Assembly: GCA_021734105.1 (NCBI GenBank)
Contig: JAIPJP010000003.1
Span: forward strand, 1-59,104
Length of the DNA stretch: 59,104 nucleotides
Source of the DNA: Candidatus Woesearchaeota archaeon
Lineage (GTDB): Archaea > Nanobdellota > Nanobdellia > Woesearchaeales > SKGA01
Direction of reading: 5' to 3'
Made by a program: the position numbers and the translations under genes
The notes under the pieces: generated by a model
What the model saw: the letters and a program-made list of their open reading frames with translations, nothing else
Database searches by the model: none
What the model was told of the DNA's origin: nothing
In this document: positions 1 through 8,908 of the stretch, in pieces
How the letters are laid out: each line of letters begins with the position of its first letter
Numbering within the stretch: the first letter of the stretch is position 1

Positions 1-302
1 TAACTTTTTTAATTAATCTATCTTTTTTCTTCATTGGAAAAACAGCCTCAATCTGTTTTTCCCTCCCACAATGCTACTTTTGGCAGTGGGAGCATATATT
101 TCTTTCTAAAAAGTTAGAGACTTGGGACAAACCCCTAGAAAACAAGGAAAACCAAGCAGTCTTCCCCGCATCATTCCAAAAGGTTAATAGCCCCGCCCAA
201 CGGGATACCAATCGAGCGATTTCTAAGGACCTCCAAAACCAACTATTTTAAGATAATTTAAAAAATAGTCATAACTATTTTAGAAATATTTATATATTAG
301 TT

Positions 303-1517
303 ATGGTGCCATATATGAATATGAAAAGAAAATTATATCAAAAACTCCTAAAAGAAAAAGATTCAAAAAAAATTTCAATAATTATCGGTCCAAGACAAGT
401 AGGAAAAACAACTCTTCTAAAACAACTTCACGAAGAATTAGGAGGCCTATATGTAGATTTTGACATACTTGAAAATGTAGAACGATTTGAAACATATACT
501 AAATTCATAAATTCGCTTCAATTAGAAGGTTATAACGAAAAGAAACAATTTTGTTTATTTATAGATGAATTTCAGAAGTACACAGATCTTACAAAAATTC
601 TAAAAAATATATACGATAATCATAAAAACATTAAAATTTACGCTACAGGTTCATCATCAATAACAATAAAAAACAACATACAAGAATCTTTAGCTGGCAG
701 AAAAATACTACACAAAATATATCCTTTAGATTTTGAAGAATTTTTAACATTTAAAGAAATAAATCCAGATAAATTAGAAAGATTAACTAAATTCAAAGGA
801 GATCTCCCTAAAACAGAATACAAAAAAGAAATAGAAGAATTCATGCAATACGGCGGATACCCAGAAGTAGTCTTAAGTAAAAACAAAAAAGAAATTCTCG
901 CAAGCATTTTTGACACATTCATAAAAAAAGACCTCGTAGATTATCTTAACATAAAAGAAATACTCGGAGTAAAAAAACTCATACAATACCTAGCAATAAA
1001 CAACGGTGGAAAGCTAAACATAACAGATATTTCACAACAATTAAACTTAACAAGAGAACAAATCGAAAATTATCTTGAAGTATTAGAAGAAACATTCATT
1101 CTAAAAAGAGTTACTCCATTCTTTACTAATAAGAATAAAGAGATAGTTAAAGCATATAAAGAATACTTTATAGACCCAGGAGTAAGAAACTACTTTTGCA
1201 ACAACTTCAACGAAATGAACATAAGAAATGATAGAGGATTCTTATTTGAAACATTTATTTTAGGAGAAATAATAAAAAACTCTGATTATGAAATCAAATT
1301 TTGGCAAGACAAACAAAAACACGAAGTGGATTTTATAATTGACAAAATACACGAACAAATTGGACTAGAAATAAAATACAAAGAAAAACTTAAAGCAGAA
1401 GATTATCAAGGAATTAAATATATAAAAGAAAAAATAAAAAGATGCTACATAATTAATTTAATAAAACAAGATGAAAAACACATATTACCATTCTCAACTA
1501 GACAAATAGTAGAATAA
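303..1517 (+). CDS. AAA+ ATPase of the AAA_14/DUF4143-like family
   Basis: Walker A GPRQVGKTT near the N-terminus, Walker-B-like LFIDEFQ, and a long C-terminal region typical of the archaeal/bacterial 'ATP-binding protein' family. The gene looks very AT-rich by eye. Confidence 0.7.
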   Translation: MVPYMNMKRKLYQKLLKEKDSKKISIIIGPRQVGKTTLLKQLHEELGGLYVDFDILENVERFETYTKFINSLQLEGYNEKKQFCLFIDEFQKYTDLTKILKNIYDNHKNIKIYATGSSSITIKNNIQESLAGRKILHKIYPLDFEEFLTFKEINPDKLERLTKFKGDLPKTEYKKEIEEFMQYGGYPEVVLSKNKKEILASIFDTFIKKDLVDYLNIKEILGVKKLIQYLAINNGGKLNITDISQQLNLTREQIENYLEVLEETFILKRVTPFFTNKNKEIVKAYKEYFIDPGVRNYFCNNFNEMNIRNDRGFLFETFILGEIIKNSDYEIKFWQDKQKHEVDFIIDKIHEQIGLEIKYKEKLKAEDYQGIKYIKEKIKRCYIINLIKQDEKHILPFSTRQIVE

Positions 1518-1712
1518 ATAATTCTTCAATCGCAAATAATATGAGATAGCCCCGTGGGGGTAAGTTCTTTATAGAAAAAAGTCAAACATTAACAAAAAAA
1601 TAAACTCCTAAAAACCGAACAAAAAGGTACAAAGCCCCGGGCGAGAAACCGCCCAAGGTAATAATCTCCGCTTAAAATGTGGTGGGTGTTGTTCACTGGA
1701 GAAATAAAGGTA

Positions 1713-1730
1713 TGCGGGGGGAGGGATTCG
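1713..1730 (-). repeat. 18-nt perfect copy of the tRNA-Leu 3' part (T-loop to acceptor end)
   Basis: tgcggggggagggattcg occurs at 1713-1730 and again at 1819-1836 inside the tRNA gene. It lies downstream of the tRNA on the minus strand. Confidence 0.85.
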
Positions 1731-1815
1731 TGCACGAAAACAAACATTTTCGGCACCCTAAAGGGAACAAGTTCAAATCCTAGCAAAAAAAACAAGCAGA
1801 ACAATAAAAAAAAAT

Positions 1816-1904
1816 GGTGCGGGGGGAGGGATTCGAACCCTCGGACTCACTAAGAGACAGGATCTTAAGTCCTGCGCGTTTGACCAGACTTCGCTACCCC
1901 CGCA
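1816..1904 (-). tRNA. tRNA-Leu (anticodon TAA), long variable arm, CCA encoded
   Basis: The reverse complement reads GCGGGGG-TA-GCG..CGC-G-CAGGA-CTTAAGA-TCCTG-(long variable arm)-GAGGG-TTCGAAT-CCCTC-CCCCCGC-ACCA. The acceptor stem pairs 7/7. Confidence 0.9.
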
Positions 1905-2225
1905 AAGGAATATACTTTGGTTTCTTGAGACGAGTGAATGTAAAATTCTAACAAGCCCTGCAAAGTATGATTTAGAGACAGAAAGCCCTTTTTAAATGTT
2001 ACCCATACACTCAAGCCTTACAACCCCTTAATACCTTCAATAGCTCCGTTTAGAAAAGAATTAATTTTTCTACTGCGAAGTGCTTTGCACATTTAATCAT
2101 TTCTGACTGTCGCGAAGAGGTATTGCGTTCTATGAACGCGAGAAAGACATCGTCTCGCAGCACATGCTCAAAAATTCAGAACAGTTTTGGCACACCTACC
2201 GACGAATGGTGTCGACTCCTGTTTG

Positions 2226-2237
2226 TACTTCAAGGCA
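2226..2237 (+). promoter_or_regulatory. Copy 1 of the recurrent 12-mer TACTTCAAGGCA, about 40 nt upstream of a TATA-like box
   Basis: The identical 12-mer is also at 17541-17552 and 37355-37366. A CTGCGAAG motif lies 155 nt upstream (2073-2080). Confidence 0.45.
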
Positions 2238-2331
2238 ACAGCCACTTTATGTGCAAAACCACTGCGAAGAAAACATTTAAAAACAATAAGAACTGTAAAT
2301 ACAAGCATACGTACTCATAATACAAGGTGAT

Positions 2332-3489
2332 ATGATGAAAACAACAATTGTTACAACAATGATACTTTTTATATTTCTTGCAAGCACGGTTCTTGCACCA
2401 AGCGAAGATATACTCCGCTCAACCGAAGATATAATAACCACTCAAGAAGATGCCGTTGCTTGCTGTCTAGCAATGACTCCAGATTGTTTGGCATGCAGCG
2501 CAGGAATGACCACCCATAAATACTGTCAAGAAAATCCTCAAACAGAGGGCTGTGAACGATTCCTTAATCAAACAACAGACATAATACCTGTAACAGAAGA
2601 ACTAGAAAAACGACTAGAAGAAGAAAAAAATGAAATAATGAACACCTATCGTAAAGAAGCTGAAGTATTTAAAAATCAAATTATGGCAACATACGGTAAC
2701 GATACGCAAGCAATACGCACAGCATATCAAGAACAAGCCAGAGAAATAATTCAATCTTACAAAGGAGATGTCAACAAGCTTACAGAAGAATATAAAGCAA
2801 TGAATAAAGAAGAACTTGAAGGATATGTTCAAGCACAAAAAGAATTCTATGCTAAAGAAGTAGAAGCAAAAAGAGAACAACTTAAGAAAAAAGAACAAAC
2901 CATTCTTGAAGAACAAAATCGTGTTCACGTGGCAGTCCAATCAATGATTGCAATGGAAAACATGGCAGGCAGTATTGGAGAAAATATCAGCACACTTGCA
3001 AAAGAAATGAACAATCGAATTAAAAATATTACTTCACTTAAAGAACAAGCTGCAACAAAAAGCGGCTTAGCACGATTCTTCGCAGGTGGAGATAAAGAAG
3101 CAGCAAGAGAACTTCATAAACAAGCAAAAGAATTTGGAGAAAAAATTATTCAACTTGAAGCACTCAAACAAGAAACAACACTTGACGAAGACGCTCTTGT
3201 AATTTATGAAGAACAAATTGAAGCACTCAAACAAGAAACACAACGAGTATTGCAAGAAGCACAACAAGAAGCTGATCGTGGACTACTCGGCTGGATATGG
3301 CAACCAAAAGTAATAAATGATAGTGAAGCGGAAAATATGTTCGGTCAAGTCGTTAAGATGAGTAGACGAGAATGTAAATCAAAAGGTTGGGATTGGGATA
3401 GAAGCAGAGACGTAGGGCTACGATGTCTAAAATCAGGAAGTGGTGGAGCTGACGACGAAAAAGTTTATTATACCTATAATTTTGGGTAG
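2332..3489 (+). CDS. Secreted or membrane-anchored coiled-coil protein with Cys-rich termini (function unknown)
   Basis: The hydrophobic N-terminus MMKTTIVTTMILFIFLASTVLA looks like a signal peptide. The core is a long E/K/Q-rich heptad-like region with Cys clusters at both ends. An AAGGTGA Shine-Dalgarno site lies just upstream. Confidence 0.6.
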   Translation: MMKTTIVTTMILFIFLASTVLAPSEDILRSTEDIITTQEDAVACCLAMTPDCLACSAGMTTHKYCQENPQTEGCERFLNQTTDIIPVTEELEKRLEEEKNEIMNTYRKEAEVFKNQIMATYGNDTQAIRTAYQEQAREIIQSYKGDVNKLTEEYKAMNKEELEGYVQAQKEFYAKEVEAKREQLKKKEQTILEEQNRVHVAVQSMIAMENMAGSIGENISTLAKEMNNRIKNITSLKEQAATKSGLARFFAGGDKEAARELHKQAKEFGEKIIQLEALKQETTLDEDALVIYEEQIEALKQETQRVLQEAQQEADRGLLGWIWQPKVINDSEAENMFGQVVKMSRRECKSKGWDWDRSRDVGLRCLKSGSGGADDEKVYYTYNFG

Positions 3490-3647
3490 TATCATAAATA
3501 CTATGCTTAAAGTAATATACCCAACTACATAATTTTCTTTTTTAATTAGTAGAGCTTTGCTCTAGACGCCAAAAACCAAAATGTTTTTGAGCGTTTAATT
3601 TTCCTTTTCAATTTATGTTTAATAGAATCAATAAATAGGCGTTGTTT

Positions 3648-4271
3648 ATGACTATAAACATTCTCACGTGTAAAGTAGGCGAGTTAAAAACAAATTGTTA
3701 TTTGCTCATAGCGGGTGATGAGTGTTTGCTCATTGACCCTGGTAGCAATAACCATCAAGATATTGCAACAATACAAGCAGGCATTAACGATAAAAAATTA
3801 CGAGCAGTCATATACACGCATAACCATTTTGATCACGTTATGGGCGGATATTATTTCAAGAATGTTCCCCACTACATGCATCAAGCAGATATAAACACAC
3901 TTGAAGAGAACAGTACCTATTATCAAGCAAAGCGAAACCTAAACATAATACTTCCTGAACAAATAGAACCATTACAAGAGCGTATGAATATCGGAGCATT
4001 CTCATTTCAAATTATCCACACACCAGGACACTCCAAAGGAGGCGTTTGCTTGTTATTTGCTGAAGAGAAATTCGTTCTCACGGGCGATACCTTATTTTGC
4101 GGCACCTGTGGCCGAACAGACCTTCCTCACGCCAGCACTTCGGAGATGAAGGCAAGTTTGAAATTATTAGCTGAACTAGACGATGAGCTGAGTATTTATC
4201 CAGGACACGGCAGACCAAGCAGCATAGGTGCTGAGCAAAAGAGCATACAAGCCCTCATAGAACAACTATAA
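3648..4271 (+). CDS. Metallo-beta-lactamase-fold hydrolase (glyoxalase II-like)
   Basis: THNHFDHVMG matches the HxHxDH motif. Downstream are HTPGHS and a TGDTLF-type Asp, then a terminal PGHG. The ATG at 3648 is preferred over the TTG at 3642. Confidence 0.8.
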   Translation: MTINILTCKVGELKTNCYLLIAGDECLLIDPGSNNHQDIATIQAGINDKKLRAVIYTHNHFDHVMGGYYFKNVPHYMHQADINTLEENSTYYQAKRNLNIILPEQIEPLQERMNIGAFSFQIIHTPGHSKGGVCLLFAEEKFVLTGDTLFCGTCGRTDLPHASTSEMKASLKLLAELDDELSIYPGHGRPSSIGAEQKSIQALIEQL

Positions 4272-4322
4272 AAAGCGACCACAACAAAACAAAACGCATT
4301 TAGTCTCCTTTCAGAGTAACCT

Positions 4323-4330
4323 TTATAAAT
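4323..4330 (+). promoter_or_regulatory. Archaeal TATA box (TTTATAAA) for rpoK
   Basis: The box is centred about 29 nt upstream of the ATG at 4355. That spacing implies a leaderless or near-leaderless transcript. Confidence 0.5.
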
Positions 4331-4354
4331 AGAAACGGACTCCTTGACCATACT

Positions 4355-4636
4355 ATGGCAGCTAAAGCTAAAAATTCTTCAGGCGAACAATACGTTGCAG
4401 AAATTAATAACGAGCTCAAAGAAGGAGAATTTACCCGCTACGAAAAGGCACGTATCATCGGTTCTCGATCATTACAAATTGCACAAGGAGCTCCAACGCT
4501 TATTAAACTCAGTAAAAAACAGCTTGAAGAACTTAAATACAATCCTATTGAAATTGCAAAAAAAGAATTTGCAGCTGGCAAAATACCTATTTCTGTGAAG
4601 CGATCACTGCCTCACGAAAAACCTAATTACAAGTAG
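4355..4636 (+). CDS. rpoK: DNA-directed RNA polymerase subunit K (Rpo6)
   Basis: TRYEKARIIGSRSLQIAQGAP matches the conserved Rpo6/omega core. Size is 93 aa. Confidence 0.85.
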   Translation: MAAKAKNSSGEQYVAEINNELKEGEFTRYEKARIIGSRSLQIAQGAPTLIKLSKKQLEELKYNPIEIAKKEFAAGKIPISVKRSLPHEKPNYK

Positions 4637-4690
4637 GTACATTTATTAAGAACCTTATCAAAAAAACATTCAGAGGTAGGTGGAACCATC

Positions 4691-6133
4691 ATGAAAAACG
4701 AAGTTGGTATTACAGTAAAAAAAGAAGATGACATGTCAGAATGGTATACGCAAGTCATTCAAAAGGCAGAAATGGCAGATTACACACTCGTCTCAGGATG
4801 CATTGTGTATCGGCCAAGATCATATGCAATATGGGAAAAAATTGTACACGCAATTGACTTAAGATTTAAAAAATCAGGAATACAAAATACATATTTTCCA
4901 CTATTTATACCTGAAAGCCTGCTAATAAAAGAAGCAACACATCTTGAAGGATTTAGCCCTGAAGTCGCATGGGTTACCCACACAGGAAATACTAAACTTA
5001 ACGAACGATTAGCAATACGACCAACAAGCGAAACCATTATGTATGACTCCTATAAAAAATGGATTCGTTCATACAGAGATTTGCCACTTCGACTTAATCA
5101 ATGGAATAATGTTGTCAGATGGGAATTCAAACACGCAGTGCCCTTTCTTCGTGGGCGAGAATTCTTATGGCAAGAAGGACATACCGCATTTGCAACAAAA
5201 GAAGAGGCAGAAGCAGAACGAAAAGAAATTATTAACATATATAACGAAGTTATGGAAAATTATTTAGCCATACCGAGCATTATTGGTAAAAAAAGTGAGA
5301 AAGAAAAATTTGCAGGCGCAGAATATACTATTTCTTTAGAACAAGTATTACCCAATGGAAAAGCAATACAAGGACCTGACTTTCACCACGATGGACAAAT
5401 ATTTGCAAAAGCATTTGACATCACATTTACTAATCAAAAAGAAGAGCGAGATTATGTCTATCAGAATACCTTCGGATTTACAACAAGAGTAATAGGTATT
5501 ATGCTCATGATACACAGCGATGACAAAGGACTTGTTCTACCACCGAAACTTGCAGAAACACATGTTGGTATAGTTCCTATCTTTGCAAAGGACAAAGAAA
5601 AAGTTTTAGAATATGCAAATAAACTTCGCGACGAACTACAAAAAAACTTTTTAGTTAAAGTAGATGATAGAGACGAATATAGCCCAGGATATAAATTCAA
5701 TGAATTAGAATTAAAAGGCGTTCCAATACGATTAGAAATAGGACCTAAAGACATAGAAAAAAATCAAGTTGTCCTTGTAAGACGAGATACAGGTGAAAAA
5801 GAATTTGTAGAAATGTCAAAGGTGGAAACTAGAGTAAAAGAACTACTTAATGAAATTCAAAACAATCTATTCACCAAAGCAAAACAACTCCTCGAGCAAA
5901 GCGTCGTAACTGTAGAAACATATGATGAACTCAAAGAAGCAATAAATAACAAAAAAATTGTTCGCGCACTCTACAGAAATAAACCTGGAACTGATGATGA
6001 AGAAAATATCAAGGCAGAAACAGGCGGCGCAAAAGTTCTTAATATAGAACTGGAGCCAGCAAAAACATCTGGAAAATGCGTGTATAGCGGCGAACCAGCT
6101 CAGTATTACACCTACTTTGGAAAAAGTTATTAA
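4691..6133 (+). CDS. proS: Proline--tRNA ligase, archaeal/eukaryotic type
   Basis: Class II motifs are present (RPTSET, FLRGREFLWQEGHT, an HDDKGLVLPP-like segment), plus an anticodon-binding domain and a C-terminal domain ending in Tyr. Confidence 0.95.
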   Translation: MKNEVGITVKKEDDMSEWYTQVIQKAEMADYTLVSGCIVYRPRSYAIWEKIVHAIDLRFKKSGIQNTYFPLFIPESLLIKEATHLEGFSPEVAWVTHTGNTKLNERLAIRPTSETIMYDSYKKWIRSYRDLPLRLNQWNNVVRWEFKHAVPFLRGREFLWQEGHTAFATKEEAEAERKEIINIYNEVMENYLAIPSIIGKKSEKEKFAGAEYTISLEQVLPNGKAIQGPDFHHDGQIFAKAFDITFTNQKEERDYVYQNTFGFTTRVIGIMLMIHSDDKGLVLPPKLAETHVGIVPIFAKDKEKVLEYANKLRDELQKNFLVKVDDRDEYSPGYKFNELELKGVPIRLEIGPKDIEKNQVVLVRRDTGEKEFVEMSKVETRVKELLNEIQNNLFTKAKQLLEQSVVTVETYDELKEAINNKKIVRALYRNKPGTDDEENIKAETGGAKVLNIELEPAKTSGKCVYSGEPAQYYTYFGKSY

Positions 6134-6143
6134 ATTCTAAAAA

Positions 6144-6509
6144 ATGGCCGAAGACTTTTATGCGCTCATTAAAGAAATCAAAGCATTTAACAAAGAGCGA
6201 GACTGGGACCAATACCACAACCCAAAAGATTTGTTAATTGCAATGATGAGTGAAGTAGGTGAACTTGCAGACCTTTACCGCTGGCTGGAGCCAGGCGAAC
6301 TAGAAACGGTCTTAGCAACACCTGAAAAGAAAACTAAAGTCTCTGAAGAACTCGCAGATATTTTTTCTTTTCTTATTATTCTCGCATATAAAAATAATAT
6401 TGACTTGCTTGAAGCCCTCAAAGATAAACTAGAGAAAAATAAGAAAAGATTCGATCCAGCAAAAATGAAAGGAGTTCACTCCAACGTGCTGGAAGGATTT
6501 AAACGATAA
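6144..6509 (+). CDS. MazG-like nucleotide pyrophosphohydrolase (dCTPase-like)
   Basis: EVGELADLYRW and EELADIFSFLIILA form the EExxE/D metal-binding helices of all-alpha NTP pyrophosphatases. Confidence 0.8.
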   Translation: MAEDFYALIKEIKAFNKERDWDQYHNPKDLLIAMMSEVGELADLYRWLEPGELETVLATPEKKTKVSEELADIFSFLIILAYKNNIDLLEALKDKLEKNKKRFDPAKMKGVHSNVLEGFKR

Positions 6510-6516
6510 ACAATTC

Positions 6517-6972
6517 TTATGCAGATTTATAGCTTGAAGTAACTGCATTAAAATTAAATTCTTTTGCTAGCGGAAGATATTCTAATTCAATTTTTGTTAC
6601 TTGATTATTATATTCAGCAGGAGTTTTAGTATAAATCCACTGAAGATGATTAATTAAATCATTTACTGACTGAACATCAGGAGAACTCCCCATAAAGTCT
6701 TGTGCAGACAATTCATCTAAAGATTTGAGTTGAATATTTTTTATCTTTACAGGGCGCGCAATATCCTTGAATCGTGGAGGAATCATTAACGCATCGTTAC
6801 CCGGCTGCTGAATAACCCTTGCAGTTACTAATTCGCCTGGTTTATAACCACGCCATTCAGGATAAATTCTATTACCTGGACGATAAATAGTTGTCAATAA
6901 ACCATGTTCTACTAATGATTCATACTCTTTTCTAAAGGCTATTTCATCCCGAGGTAATTCTAAACGATTCAT
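6517..6972 (-). CDS. Hypothetical protein, possibly ASCH/PUA-like fold
   Basis: The ORF overlaps the upstream gene by 4 nt (operon). The fold call is based only on weak pattern resemblance. Confidence 0.45.
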   Translation of the reverse strand: MNRLELPRDEIAFRKEYESLVEHGLLTTIYRPGNRIYPEWRGYKPGELVTARVIQQPGNDALMIPPRFKDIARPVKIKNIQLKSLDELSAQDFMGSSPDVQSVNDLINHLQWIYTKTPAEYNNQVTKIELEYLPLAKEFNFNAVTSSYKSA

Positions 6973-7943
6973 AGAGCATCCCTCATAATACTTTCTAGTT
7001 TGCTATCGGGCACATCTTGTAATGGCGCCATAATCTTTAGTGCGGGTACTGCTTGATAAAGATTCATACTTTTTCCATTGTGAATTTTATATCCTGCATT
7101 TTTTGCAAGTTCTAAAGTTTTTGATAAGTCTTCAAGTAAAATATCAGCAACAATAGCATCTTTTGGCAAATGAGATATGTTCTTCTTAGCAATAGCCAGG
7201 TCTTGATTGTAATCATTTGTTATTGGACCAAACGCGCTATACGCTTTGAAAGGATCGGCGCCTTTGTTTGAGGTGTTAATTACTAGATTAGCTGTAGCTA
7301 GTTGTGCACCGATATCTTCTTCGCCACCTGCAAAAGCAGTCGTGTACGGACTAATTAATTGTGCTATCTTTTGCGCTTTTGCAATGGTTCTATTTAGAAC
7401 AGTGATTTGTTTTGGATGAGCGCGCGCTAATTCATACGCAATAGGAAGAGCAGTTCCGCCAGCACCAAGAAGCACGATATTTTTGTCTTTTACCGCATCA
7501 GGAAATTCTGCTGTTAACCCTTTGTAAAAACCAACACCGTCAGTATTGTATCCAATGAGTTTATCATTTTCTTTTTTAACAACATTCACACTGCCCGTTA
7601 TTTTTGCAGAGTCATCAAGCGCATCAAGATACGCAATTGCTTTATCCTTAAACCCTGAACCAACACCGCCACCAACATAGAGTGGATCGTTTCTAAACGT
7701 TTCAAAAATCTTTTGTGCGTTCTTTGGGTTTGCTACAACAAATGCCGTTTTATAGTTAGGTAAGAATTGGTCAAACACTGCGTTATGCATGGCAGCTGAT
7801 CCACCGGGATAATCATGGTCAATAGGAATAAGTAATAAGTTATAATCTGCTAACCTTTCCAAATCTAACTGGTTGTTTTTTGGCTGCTTAGCAAGCGTAA
7901 TTGTTCCGTCATCAAATAAATCTTTAATTGCCATAACTGTCAC
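6969..7943 (-). CDS. Shikimate/quinate dehydrogenase family protein (AroE-like)
   Basis: Motifs seen are AMHNAVF, GFKD (catalytic Lys context), GSVNVV, YNTDGVGF and the Rossmann segment LLGAGGTALPIAYEL. Confidence 0.75.
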   Translation of the reverse strand: MTVMAIKDLFDDGTITLAKQPKNNQLDLERLADYNLLLIPIDHDYPGGSAAMHNAVFDQFLPNYKTAFVVANPKNAQKIFETFRNDPLYVGGGVGSGFKDKAIAYLDALDDSAKITGSVNVVKKENDKLIGYNTDGVGFYKGLTAEFPDAVKDKNIVLLGAGGTALPIAYELARAHPKQITVLNRTIAKAQKIAQLISPYTTAFAGGEEDIGAQLATANLVINTSNKGADPFKAYSAFGPITNDYNQDLAIAKKNISHLPKDAIVADILLEDLSKTLELAKNAGYKIHNGKSMNLYQAVPALKIMAPLQDVPDSKLESIMRDAL

Positions 7944-8099
7944 CTTTCTGTATAGGTAGAGAATGCAACCATATTTATAAATAAAGCGAACGAGTGTGCA
8001 CCAGTGGGTGAAAAATGCACTACCGAAATATTATTTGCCACGTTGTAACTCATAAGATACAAATCTAGGCAATAGCACAACACCATTTAAAAAGCAAGG

Positions 8100-8108
8100 T
8101 TTATAAAA
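8100..8108 (+). promoter_or_regulatory. TATA box (TTTATAAAA) upstream of the SET-domain gene
   Basis: The box is centred about 25 nt upstream of the ATG at 8129. Confidence 0.45.
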
Positions 8109-8128
8109 CAAAACTTAATCGTGAGCGT

Positions 8129-8680
8129 ATGAATGATTGGTTTATAGTTAGGGAATCAAAAATGCTGCCGGGAGTTAAAGGAGCATTCGCACTTAGAGAC
8201 ATACCTCGAGGCACACAAATAATCGAATACAAAGGAAAGCTTATTTCTAAAGAACTCTCCGATAAGCGAGCAAACGAACACCGCAAACAAGGAGAACTCT
8301 GGATATTCACACTCAATAAAGCATACGACATAGATGCAAGCAGACAAGGCAATGATGCACGATTCATTAACCATAGTTGCGAGCCAAACTGCGAGGCCGT
8401 TAATTACGACGATGAAGAACTCTGGATAGAAGCAACACGCGATATTAAGAAAGGAGAAGAACTCACGTACAACTACGGATTTGATGAACCTGACGAAGCA
8501 TACCCTTGCCTGTGCGGCGCAAAAGGCTGTCGAGGCTGGATAGTTGCTGAAAATTATAAATTTTCACCAGGTGAAAAAGAAAAACTAAAGGCCCTGCAAA
8601 AAGAATTACTTGCAGAACTAGCTCATCTAGAGAACGCAACTCACTTCGTAACCGAGAAAAAGAAGAAAGGAACTGCGTAA
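8129..8680 (+). CDS. SET-domain protein-lysine methyltransferase with post-SET Cys cluster
   Basis: Motifs seen are RFINHSCEPNC, ELTYNYGF and CxCGAKGCRGWI (post-SET). Confidence 0.85.
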   Translation: MNDWFIVRESKMLPGVKGAFALRDIPRGTQIIEYKGKLISKELSDKRANEHRKQGELWIFTLNKAYDIDASRQGNDARFINHSCEPNCEAVNYDDEELWIEATRDIKKGEELTYNYGFDEPDEAYPCLCGAKGCRGWIVAENYKFSPGEKEKLKALQKELLAELAHLENATHFVTEKKKKGTA

Positions 8681-8747
8681 AAATCACTTATTTTCTATTC
8701 TGAAGGATAAGCTTTAAAAACAACATATTATTCTATTTATATATCGT

Positions 8748-8846
8748 GGGCCCGTAGCCTAGCCTGGATAGGGCACCAGCCTTCTACTTGCCGTTTGGCA
8801 TGAAGCAAGCTGGGGATCGCGAGTTCAAATCTCGCCGGGCTCACCA
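8748..8846 (+). tRNA. tRNA-Arg (anticodon TCT) with a 21-nt intron at 37/38, CCA encoded
   Basis: Structure reads GGGCCCG-TA-GCCT..GGGC-A-CCAGC-CTTCTA[cttgccgtttggcatgaagca]A-GCTGG-GGATC-GCGAG-TTCAAAT-CTCGC-CGGGCTC-ACCA. Loop CTTC can pair with intron GAAG, and TGCC/GGCA form an inner helix, as expected for a BHB substrate. Confidence 0.85.
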
Positions 8847-8908
8847 TCATCCTATTCTGCACAAACTATTCTGCAACTGCACGGCGAACCGGAACACTAG
8901 TGACACTA

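Noticed and set aside
1-34. Possible start of a minus-strand gene running off the left edge (ATG at 34..32, MKKKDRLIKKV...).
   Set aside because: Only 11 codons are visible, which is too little to support a call.
63-92. Hairpin CTCCCAC-N16-GTGGGAG and neighbouring GC-richer stretch (about 60-240) as a candidate ncRNA.
   Set aside because: It is a single 7-bp stem with no recognisable RNA family features such as C/D boxes or a tRNA-like fold. It cannot be supported without covariance-model searches.
638-922. Antisense or overlapping ORFs in the six-frame track embedded in strongly supported genes. Examples: 638..922, 2614..2940, 4780..5037, 9115..9405, 10509..10841, 11776..12282, 15076..16717, 18198..18425, 25821..26120, 28077..30244, 33234..34235, 37699..38041, 50725..51084, 52645..53135.
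   Set aside because: They lie antisense or out of frame inside ORFs with clear family motifs. Their translations are low-complexity (F/L/S/C/I-rich), as expected from reading AT-rich coding DNA in the wrong frame. None has promoter or Shine-Dalgarno support.
1589-1804. 71-aa minus-strand ORF, together with 2123..2320 and 8788..9024 plus-strand ORFs near the tRNAs.
   Set aside because: They run through tRNA genes, the att-like repeat copies or GC-rich hairpin sequence. They have no start-site signals. They are more likely non-coding.
4344-4598. 84-aa ORF overlapping rpoK in another frame.
   Set aside because: The overlapping frame 4355..4636 carries the conserved Rpo6 core. This frame has no motif and starts at a non-ATG codon.
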